This document shows positions 9,442 through 16,755 of a stretch of DNA of 41,913 nucleotides, in pieces. The stretch spans positions 1 through 41,913 of the forward strand of contig CAZEQZ010000001.1 of assembly GCA_964514595.1 (NCBI GenBank), written 5' to 3'. Each line of letters begins with the position of its first letter. The stretch's first letter is position 1. The notes beneath the pieces are model-generated. The model saw only the letters and a list, made by a program, of their open reading frames with translations, did not search any database and was not told the origin of the DNA. This stretch comes from an uncultured Candidatus Saccharibacteria bacterium. GTDB lineage: Bacteria > Patescibacteriota > Dojkabacteria > SC72. Made by a program: the position numbers and the translations under genes.

Positions 9442-9807
9442 TCAAACTTCTTCCACTATTACTGTTCCCACCATATATGGATGTGGACTACAGTGATATT
9501 CATATGTCCCAGGTGCATTAAATGTATACTGGTATGTTTCTCCTCTTCTGAGTAGGGGACTTTCAAAGGAGTTATGAGCAACATTATGTTGAACAGAATC
9601 TCTATTTGTCCAGGTTACGGTATCCCCCTGTTTTATCCTAATTACAGAGGGTGAGAATTCATAGTTTTGTATTACAACGGTGTTGGCATCTAAGGGTTGT
9701 TCTATACCATTTGTTTCTTCTGCACCGTTCCTTCGTAGTAGGAGAAATGTGCCTCCCGAGATAGTAATTGCAACAACTATTATGATTGGGATTGTATAAT
9801 TTTTCAC
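9442..9807 (-). CDS. Membrane-anchored cupredoxin (amicyanin/plastocyanin-like)
   Basis: GDTVTWTN, HNV, and YHCSPHPYM type-1 copper ligands (His, Cys, His, Met); GTG start. Confidence 0.9.
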   Translation of the reverse strand: MKNYTIPIIIVVAITISGGTFLLLRRNGAEETNGIEQPLDANTVVIQNYEFSPSVIRIKQGDTVTWTNRDSVQHNVAHNSFESPLLRRGETYQYTFNAPGTYEYHCSPHPYMVGTVIVEEV

Positions 9808-9811
9808 AGCA

Positions 9812-10009
9812 TTAGAAATACAAAATTAATGCTAAGAATCCATGCATAATTACGGTTATTAATAGAGTAACTGCGACTATTTTGTGCCATTTAAATAGAG
9901 AAGAGTTTCCTCTTGAAAGGAAAATTCCGAGTATGATCTGTGTGAGTAGGAGGAGGAATGCCAGGATTCCTAGCCAAAAGAATAACGGTTTGTCTAAGAT
10001 AATGATCAT
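9812..10009 (-). CDS. Small 2-TM protein with His42/His56 (cytochrome b/ferric-reductase-like half)
   Basis: 65 aa; G14/G28 in helix 1 and H42/H56 in helix 2. Confidence 0.6.
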   Translation of the reverse strand: MIIILDKPLFFWLGILAFLLLLTQIILGIFLSRGNSSLFKWHKIVAVTLLITVIMHGFLALILYF

Positions 10010-10041
10010 GTTGATAAAGATATTAACTTAGCACGTTAATA

Positions 10042-10830
10042 TTATACCATTTTTGGGATAGGAATTAATTTGTTAGTTCTGTTAACATATTTCTCCCACT
10101 CAGAATCACTCTCAAATTTCTTCTCCAAAAGAGGTATCCCAGAAACAAAAATTATTAGGTATGAGATAAAGAGAGGACCTATCAATGATATATAGCCATA
10201 CGATACAGACAAGGATATTATTCCAATTCCCCACCATTGTAGGATTTCTCCAAAATAATTAGGATGTCTGGAGTATTTCCAAAGCCCTATATTTGCAAAT
10301 CTAGTTTTTGTTTTTCCTGCCTTCTTAAGTTCTATAAAATTTTTAAGCTGTATATCTGCATACGTCTCTATTAAAAATCCTGCTATCCATATACATGTTC
10401 CTATGATATCTAAAGTTCCTATAGGAGAGGAAGGGAAGGAGGAAATGAATAGTATGGGAGAAGAAACGATAATCATGAAAAGACCTTGAAGAAGGAATAT
10501 ATTAAAGTATGATTTTATATAGAAGAATTTTCCCCAGTCCTTTTTAAATTGTTGGTATCTGTAGTCCTCTTTCTTGTCCCTGTTTCTTAGGTATATGTGC
10601 GAAGCCAGTCTAATTCCCCAAGCTAACACCAAGAAGAAGATAAGGATCATACGGTCTGTCAAAGGATCTTGATGTAGTAGGGAGATTACTGCAATTAATA
10701 TAAATCCTAATCCCCAAGCGATATCTACTATATCCGTCCTCCTTCTTACTAAAGATAGAATCCAGAATAGTGTCATATATATAAATATGGCTATGAGTAT
10801 TTTGTAGAGTAGTGGTAATATCTCCAGCAT
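10042..10830 (-). CDS. DUF1295 / steroid 5-alpha-reductase-like membrane protein
   Basis: IVDIAWG, WGIRL, EDYRY, ADIQL, GLWKYSRHPNYFGE and SGIPLLE motifs. Confidence 0.9.
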   Translation of the reverse strand: MLEILPLLYKILIAIFIYMTLFWILSLVRRRTDIVDIAWGLGFILIAVISLLHQDPLTDRMILIFFLVLAWGIRLASHIYLRNRDKKEDYRYQQFKKDWGKFFYIKSYFNIFLLQGLFMIIVSSPILFISSFPSSPIGTLDIIGTCIWIAGFLIETYADIQLKNFIELKKAGKTKTRFANIGLWKYSRHPNYFGEILQWWGIGIISLSVSYGYISLIGPLFISYLIIFVSGIPLLEKKFESDSEWEKYVNRTNKLIPIPKMV

Positions 10831-10832
10831 GA

Positions 10833-11234
10833 TTATATATTTAACATATTAGCTATGTAGTATCCGGATACTGCTGTTACTGTCGAGAGAGAAGTTCCCC
10901 ATATGATGTCGATTATTGTCATTGATATGGGCCAACCTTTTAGAGTAGCAAGGTTTGTGAGGTCATATGTTGCGTATGTCATCATTCCAAATAGTGCACC
11001 TAAAAACACTGTTTTCCCTAATGATTTAGCTTCATAACCAGGTAGTACGGCAAATATTATTACTCCTACAACAAATAGAAGATAGAAGATTAATGCGGGG
11101 ATTAAATTAGCATTCTCGGCTAGTAAATGACCAATCTTTTCACTGTACATATTCTTGGCTATCCAATTAAGCCATACAAAATCAATTGCCAGGAATACGA
11201 GGAAGGTTAGTATGTAAAGATAAAGGTGTTTCAT
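10833..11234 (-). CDS. DUF2177 family membrane protein
   Basis: IDFVWL, YATYDLTNLATLKGWP and IDIIWG motifs. Confidence 0.88.
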   Translation of the reverse strand: MKHLYLYILTFLVFLAIDFVWLNWIAKNMYSEKIGHLLAENANLIPALIFYLLFVVGVIIFAVLPGYEAKSLGKTVFLGALFGMMTYATYDLTNLATLKGWPISMTIIDIIWGTSLSTVTAVSGYYIANMLNI

Positions 11235-11285
11235 AGTTCTATATATTTAATTTAATAATATATATATTAACATACTTGGGGTATT

Positions 11286-11324
11286 TCAACGAGTGTTGAT
11301 ATTCTCCTCTCGGTGTAGTATATT
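11286..11324 (+). promoter_or_regulatory. Sigma70-type promoter of the arsR-like gene with an overlapping palindrome (candidate operator)
   Basis: TTGATA (11296-11301), 17-nt spacer, TATATT (11319-11324), ATG 8 nt later; TCAAC-gagt-GTTGA (11286-11299) overlaps the -35. Confidence 0.55.
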
Positions 11325-11332
11325 AATTGGCT

Positions 11333-11635
11333 ATGTCATGTAATTGTAAAGAGTGCGTTGTTGGTTGTGAAAAAATAGCTGGTTCAGCTGAATTTCTTAA
11401 GGCTATAGCGGAACCTAATAGATTAAGGATATTATGTATGCTATCGGAGGGGTGCCAATGTGTGGGAGATATTTCAAAAAGGCTAAATATCCCGCACAAT
11501 TTAGTTTCATTTCATTTAAAGAGTTTGTTAAATGCAGGGCTTCTTGAGAGGGAAAGGGATGGAAATAAATCTATATACTCTATAAAAGAGGGGAAGGATG
11601 ATTATGTTAAAGGCTTTTTGAGTTTGTCGAAATAG
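11333..11635 (+). CDS. ArsR/SmtB family transcriptional regulator, Cys-rich
   Basis: LKAIAEPNRLRIL...VSFHLKSL..AGL....R.G....Y; start moved to ATG 11333. Confidence 0.9.
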   Translation: MSCNCKECVVGCEKIAGSAEFLKAIAEPNRLRILCMLSEGCQCVGDISKRLNIPHNLVSFHLKSLLNAGLLERERDGNKSIYSIKEGKDDYVKGFLSLSK

Positions 11636-11642
11636 TTAATTT

Positions 11643-12665
11643 TTGTACCCTAACAATATGATAATACAATTACTAGTTACCATTCTTTCTACATTCACAG
11701 TTTCTTTAGTACAACCAGTATATGCTCAAGAAAATCCTATGTTATTTTGGGGCACTACCTGCCCATACTGTCACGAGGTTATTGAAGAGATAGGTGAGAG
11801 GGGGTTGGATGAACAGATAGATATTGAGATGTTGGAGATATATGAGAATAAAGAGAATTTAGATATTTTTAGAGAGAAGATAGAAGTGTGTAATATTAAC
11901 CCAAATAGAGCTGGTGTGCCACTCCTATACTACGAAGAAGAATGCTTTATTGGTCCTAATCAGATACTTTCTAAGTTAACCCAAATGGCGGATGGAGAAG
12001 AAGTCGGGGAGTTGGGGGAAGACATAGATGAAGGTGTTGATCCCGTTGTGGTCGAAGAAGAAAGCGAGGGGAAAAAGAATACGAGGATTTTAATTGGTGT
12101 TATTGCAGGTTTCCTTGTTTTATTGGTATTAATAGGATATTGGATACAGAGTAAGAAGGGTTCTGGAATTGTTTCAATATTTTTGATTTTATCTATGACT
12201 TTGCTTTCTGTACAGGCAACATATGCTATGTGTCCTGTATGTACAGCGGCTGTGGGTTTGGGTTTAGGGTTTTCTAGATATTTTGGTATAGATGATGTAA
12301 TAACAGGGGTGTGGATAGGGGGATTGGTAGTTTCTTCCATAATGTGGTTTGTACAGATCTTGGAGAAAAGAAATATTAAGAGTATTTTAAGTAAGGTTTT
12401 AGTAGCAATCTCAGTATATGGTCTTTTGGGTTTAACTCTATATCTTTTGGATTTCATAGGCCATCCATTAAACAGATTGTGGGGGATTGATAAGATAGTG
12501 TTAGGTATAGTCTCTGGGGGAGTTGTATTCTTCCTTTCTGCTAGGCTACATTTGTATCTAAAGAAAAAGAATAATGACAAGATATATTTTCCCTTCCAAA
12601 AAGTAGTGTTTACGGTTGGGGCAATGTTGTTACTAACATTCTTCTTCTATATGTTAGTATATTAA
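11643..12665 (+). CDS. Exported glutaredoxin-like (CPYC) domain fused to a multi-TM domain with CPVC
   Basis: Signal peptide ending VYA, CPYC and GVP cis-Pro motif, then TM helices including MCPVCT...GIDD...GVWIGG. The start may be ATG 11658. Confidence 0.75.
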   Translation: MYPNNMIIQLLVTILSTFTVSLVQPVYAQENPMLFWGTTCPYCHEVIEEIGERGLDEQIDIEMLEIYENKENLDIFREKIEVCNINPNRAGVPLLYYEEECFIGPNQILSKLTQMADGEEVGELGEDIDEGVDPVVVEEESEGKKNTRILIGVIAGFLVLLVLIGYWIQSKKGSGIVSIFLILSMTLLSVQATYAMCPVCTAAVGLGLGFSRYFGIDDVITGVWIGGLVVSSIMWFVQILEKRNIKSILSKVLVAISVYGLLGLTLYLLDFIGHPLNRLWGIDKIVLGIVSGGVVFFLSARLHLYLKKKNNDKIYFPFQKVVFTVGAMLLLTFFFYMLVY

Positions 12666-12691
12666 TATATTTAAAATAATTTGGAAGTAAT

Positions 12692-13150
12692 ATGGCAGAT
12701 ATTAAAAAAGGAAAAGATATAGATATGGAAGAGGTACAGGAGTTGGTTGAGAAGTATGATGCACTTAAGAAAGAAAATAAGTTGGATCTGTCTGCAGATC
12801 AGGATTTGAGTATTGCTATAATGAATTTAATATCGATAGAGGAGCATCTGTTCTTTAGTGGTGCTAAGGAAGGAAAATCCGAGTACTATGAAGTCTTAGC
12901 TCAGATTAGGGAAATGAGGAAGGAATTGTTAAAGAAGATTATAAAAGAGTACGAGGGGGAGGTATGGTGTATATCTAAACATTTACTTGCCGCTAGTTAC
13001 AGATTAATGGAGTATGGTACAAAGCATTTAGGGAGAGGGGATAAGAAATTAGCAGAGGAGATGTTTGAAAAGGCATACGGTCTGTATTCATTGTTCTGGG
13101 CATTGAATATGGGGTTGATAAAGCCAGAGGACGTTAAGAGTGAGAAGTAA
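12692..13150 (+). CDS. Helical hypothetical protein (MNLISIEEH / WCISKH motifs)
   Basis: 152-aa ORF co-oriented with the ArsR cluster. Confidence 0.75.
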   Translation: MADIKKGKDIDMEEVQELVEKYDALKKENKLDLSADQDLSIAIMNLISIEEHLFFSGAKEGKSEYYEVLAQIREMRKELLKKIIKEYEGEVWCISKHLLAASYRLMEYGTKHLGRGDKKLAEEMFEKAYGLYSLFWALNMGLIKPEDVKSEK

Positions 13151-13168
13151 TTTAATATATCTCCTGAT

Positions 13169-13288
13169 ATGGCAGAAAAAAAGAAACAGGTTAAGAAAAA
13201 ACTAGAAAAAAAAGAACCAAAAAAACAGGATTTCTGGGGTAAGATAGGGGATTTTGTTAAGGAGGCAGTTGATTGTTGTCTAGAATAA
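13169..13288 (+). CDS. 39-aa Lys-rich peptide ending VDCCLE, in frame with the upstream ORF
   Basis: Hand translation MAEKKKQVKKKLEKKEPKKQDFWGKIGDFVKEAVDCCLE; the offset from 12692 is 477 nt, a multiple of 3. Confidence 0.55.
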   Translation: MAEKKKQVKKKLEKKEPKKQDFWGKIGDFVKEAVDCCLE

Positions 13289-13375
13289 TTGGTTATGTAT
13301 TCCATCTCTATAGGTATTCTTGTATAGATAGTACTTTATGCTACAATGGAGTAATAAATTTTTTCATTAATATTT

Positions 13376-14275
13376 ATGGAAACAGATGTGAATGAGGTGA
13401 ATACTCCTGTAGAGCAACCTGTTGCTACGGAGGCTCCCGTAATGGAGACACCTTCAGCTCCTGTACAGGAAGTCCCTAAGAAGAAGAGTAAAACATTGGT
13501 CACAGTACTTGTTGTCTTTTTAGTACTTTTGCTTCTAGGTGCTGCTGCTTATGCAGGGTATTATTTCGGAGGCTTCGATGGTTTTGGTGGAGGGGACGAA
13601 TCGGGGGAGGACTTTTCTGGTGAAGGAGGGTCAGGGTTTGAAGATCAGGAGGAGGCAGATGCAGTTCCTGTATATTCAGATTATCTTGGTACATACATAG
13701 ATGCAGAGCTTCCAGATGGGTGGCAGATTGTTGAGTATGAGGATGGGGAAGGTTCTGATATGTTAATGGATGCTGAGTATGAGGGTTTAACAGGTCTTTC
13801 TATAGTTACAGATGGGGACGAGGAGATACTTGAAGTTTTCGCGATAATGGGCATAGGGGGGATTGATATATGTAGTACAGTTGGAAGGTTCTCGGATACA
13901 CCTCAGTCATATATAGATGAGATAAATAATTTAACGACGGAATATAATACGTTTGTGGAAAATCCTGAGCCGATGCCAGTAGTGAGTCAGATAGGGGATG
14001 ATGAATATACGGACGTTTCCTTTATAGACTACAGGGGCAGGAGAGTAGGTACTACAATATATTGGAATGACTTGGATAATGTTAATATGAGTGAGTTTCA
14101 TCCTTTGTGTGGTATATCTGCAGGGGCTTTGTCGTTTGATACCCTTACATTTGAATATACTAGCTCTGGAATGTCAGATACTAGCGGTAGTTATGGTGTG
14201 AGGATATTGGGTAATCCAAGTGAAGAAACATTGTTAATACTAGATCATGTGATTAGTAGTATTGTTTTAAACTAG
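13376..14275 (+). CDS. Membrane-anchored acidic extracellular protein, paralog of 7998-8798
   Basis: Pro-rich N-terminus, TM helix, Gly-rich linker and the shared domain. An upstream promoter-like TTGTAT...TGcTACAAT is present. Confidence 0.78.
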   Translation: METDVNEVNTPVEQPVATEAPVMETPSAPVQEVPKKKSKTLVTVLVVFLVLLLLGAAAYAGYYFGGFDGFGGGDESGEDFSGEGGSGFEDQEEADAVPVYSDYLGTYIDAELPDGWQIVEYEDGEGSDMLMDAEYEGLTGLSIVTDGDEEILEVFAIMGIGGIDICSTVGRFSDTPQSYIDEINNLTTEYNTFVENPEPMPVVSQIGDDEYTDVSFIDYRGRRVGTTIYWNDLDNVNMSEFHPLCGISAGALSFDTLTFEYTSSGMSDTSGSYGVRILGNPSEETLLILDHVISSIVLN

Positions 14276-14313
14276 GGGTTGATTAAAAATAATTTTTAAA
14301 GATATATACTTCT

Positions 14314-15567
14314 ATGAGGAGGTTTAGATTTCTTTTGCTATTTGTCACCCTAATCTTCAGTATCCTTTTTGTGAATTTTACTCATGCGGAGGATATATGG
14401 GATGGCGAGAGAATAGAGGAAATGTTACAAAGCTACTATGGGAAATTGCAGGATGATTTTTCTTACGAATCTGATATAACTGATATTTCTGGTTCCTTTA
14501 CTAAGGAACCGACAACAGAGGATACGTCAAACATAATTGTTTCTGTAGATTTCTCAAAGAGTACGGAAGCTCTTCCGGGAGATTTTGTTGAGACTAATAT
14601 AGGGCAATCTTCTATATATCGATTATCAGATGGTCCTAACTATATAAATGAAGATTGGATGACCTACGCGTCTAGGAGTTATGGATATTGTGGTGAATAT
14701 AGGGTCTCTGTTGAAGCGTATGTATCCTTAACAAAAAATCTAGACTCAAGTTCCACATATATAGATTTAATGGACAAATATTCCGGCGAGTATTTTTCTG
14801 CAATGCTTGATAGTTCCCAGTTGTGTCAAGGAGGGCAAGGTTATGAAATAAACGAAAATATTCAGGTCAAAATTTTAGATATAGTAGGGGAGGTAGAGAT
14901 AAAAAGTAAAGATTCTGAATATTATATTGTGGCAAATATAGGAGACCTGTTGGAAGTTGGGGACAGAATATCTACGGGTTTTGAATCGGAGGCAGTTATA
15001 GAAGTAAATAGGGTTGCCACGATGACTGTTCGGGAGATGACAAATTTCTCTGTTTCTCAGCTTTTCTACGATGGTGATTTTGCTAGAACTGCAATAAATT
15101 TAGGAATGGGTTCTATTACAACATCTGTTAGGCCCGAGAAGGGCGTCAAAGCAAGTTTTGAGATAGTAACTCCGACATCCACGATAGGGGTAAGGGGTAC
15201 GGAATTTTCAGTCTCGTATGATGAGAACGGGAACTATACATATGTTTATGTATTCGAAGGAAGTGTGGAGGTTTCTGATTCTGCGAAATCAAAAACAGAG
15301 GTTGTAGGAGCGGGGAAATATGCGTACATATCTTCGAATGGAGAAATAACGGTAGGGTCTATGGAGGAGGATTATCTACTGGATGAAGGGGACGATTGGT
15401 ACTATGAATTATTAGGGAGTGTTATTATTATTGCCATAATTGTAGTAGCAGTGGTGATACTAATAGCTGTGATTATCATTGTAGTAGTGATAGTAGTAAA
15501 AAGGGGGAAGAAGAAAGGGAAGGAAGAAAAAGTAGATGAAAAATCTGAGGTAAAAGATGGTAAGTGA
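14314..15567 (+). CDS. FecR-domain surface protein with a C-terminal TM anchor
   Basis: Signal peptide; GDRISTG...FEIVTPTSTIGVRGTEFSV...VFEGSVEV FecR signature; long hydrophobic C-terminal helix and basic tail. Confidence 0.8.
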   Translation: MRRFRFLLLFVTLIFSILFVNFTHAEDIWDGERIEEMLQSYYGKLQDDFSYESDITDISGSFTKEPTTEDTSNIIVSVDFSKSTEALPGDFVETNIGQSSIYRLSDGPNYINEDWMTYASRSYGYCGEYRVSVEAYVSLTKNLDSSSTYIDLMDKYSGEYFSAMLDSSQLCQGGQGYEINENIQVKILDIVGEVEIKSKDSEYYIVANIGDLLEVGDRISTGFESEAVIEVNRVATMTVREMTNFSVSQLFYDGDFARTAINLGMGSITTSVRPEKGVKASFEIVTPTSTIGVRGTEFSVSYDENGNYTYVYVFEGSVEVSDSAKSKTEVVGAGKYAYISSNGEITVGSMEEDYLLDEGDDWYYELLGSVIIIAIIVVAVVILIAVIIIVVVIVVKRGKKKGKEEKVDEKSEVKDGK

Positions 15568-15591
15568 GTATTCTTTAAAGAAAAGAGGACA

Positions 15592-15682
15592 CGGAGAGGG
15601 AGGGATTCGAACCCTCGGTAGGCTTTAAAAGGCCTACGACTCGTTAGCAGTGAGTTCCTTTCGACCACTCAGGCACCTCTCC
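15592..15682 (-). tRNA. tRNA-Ser(GCU)
   Basis: GGAGAGG/CCTCTCC acceptor stem, G discriminator, loop CTGCTAA, long variable arm, TTCGAAT; no encoded CCA. Confidence 0.95.
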
Positions 15683-15731
15683 AAACAGCCATAATTATAC
15701 TTCATTATCCATATCTATGCTAGAATATGTT

Positions 15732-16601
15732 ATGTACTTAGGTATCCATGTATCATCCTCCGGTGGTATACAAAACTCAATAAAAAATGGAGAAAAGTAT
15801 GGAGTAAATACTATACAGATTATGCCTACCGCACCAATGAGGTGGGCTACCAAATCAGTACCAGATGAGGATATTGAAAAGTTTGTTAATGAACTGGAAG
15901 GGTCTGGTATTAAGAAAATCTTGATCCATGGAATATATTTAACTAACTTGGCAAGAAAAGATAAGCAGCTGTTTCACCTTGGGAAGATGGGATTAGTTGT
16001 ATATTTGGATTTTGCAGAGAGAGTTGCAAATGAAATACAGAAGAGGAAGATAGATGCTGAAATATTGGGAGTGTGTTTTCATCCCGGATCTCAACAAGAG
16101 CTTTCGTATGAGGACAGTTTGGAGAGAGTATCATACGGTATCCAGTGGGTATTAGATGAGGTTAAGGGAAAGCAGAAATTGTTAATTGAAACGACGGCTG
16201 GTACAGGTACTAATTTAGGTAGAAGCTTCACGGAACTTAGATTAATGAGAGAGGGTGTTAAGGACAAAAAAAGAGTAGGGTATGTTTTAGATACTCAACA
16301 CACATATGCATCTGGATATGATTGGGTTAATAATTTTAAGGGTGTGGTTGAAGACTTGGATAGGGAACTAGGAATTGAAAATATAAAGAGCATTCACCTA
16401 AATGATTCTATGAAAGAGTGTGGATCAAATAAAGATAGGCATGCTAATTTAGGGGAAGGTGAAATAGGAAGGGATACATTCAAGAAGATATTAAAATACT
16501 CCAAATTTAAAAGTATGCCATTTATACTAGAAACTCCGGCTTTAAAGAAACCGGACACCATTAAAGAAGAGGTTGAAATTTTAAAAAATTTAGCTAAATA
16601 A
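15732..16601 (+). CDS. nfo: Endonuclease IV (AP endonuclease 2)
   Basis: GIHVS, IHGIYLTNLA, FHPGS, IETTAG, LDTQH, IHLNDS, DRHANLGEG and ILETP motifs. Start placed at ATG 15732, after TGcTAGAAT. Confidence 0.93.
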   Translation: MYLGIHVSSSGGIQNSIKNGEKYGVNTIQIMPTAPMRWATKSVPDEDIEKFVNELEGSGIKKILIHGIYLTNLARKDKQLFHLGKMGLVVYLDFAERVANEIQKRKIDAEILGVCFHPGSQQELSYEDSLERVSYGIQWVLDEVKGKQKLLIETTAGTGTNLGRSFTELRLMREGVKDKKRVGYVLDTQHTYASGYDWVNNFKGVVEDLDRELGIENIKSIHLNDSMKECGSNKDRHANLGEGEIGRDTFKKILKYSKFKSMPFILETPALKKPDTIKEEVEILKNLAK

Positions 16602-16617
16602 TTTTATAAGTATAGAT

Positions 16618-16755
16618 ATGGATTCTAAATTAAAAAAGAAATTAGAAAAGATTTTGGAAAAACTTCCAACTCCAAAACTACTTTTTGCTTTGGTTGTAGC
16701 AATAATACTTTCAGTAATTATATATCTCTCAATACTCTTTATACTTTCTAGATAA
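16618..16755 (+). CDS. 45-aa single-TM microprotein
   Basis: MDSKLKKELEKILEKLPTPKLLFALVVAIILSVIIYLSILFILSR; fills the gap, and its TAA overlaps the next ATG (TAATG). Confidence 0.6.
   Translation: MDSKLKKKLEKILEKLPTPKLLFALVVAIILSVIIYLSILFILSR

Noticed and set aside
11235-11332. Replication origin at the gene-orientation switch
   Set aside because: Only about 100 bp, no DnaA-box cluster or dnaA nearby, and explained by a divergent promoter. Whole-genome skew would be needed to say more.
15402-15668. 88-aa minus-strand ORF
   Set aside because: It overlaps tRNA-Ser and the end of the FecR-domain gene.
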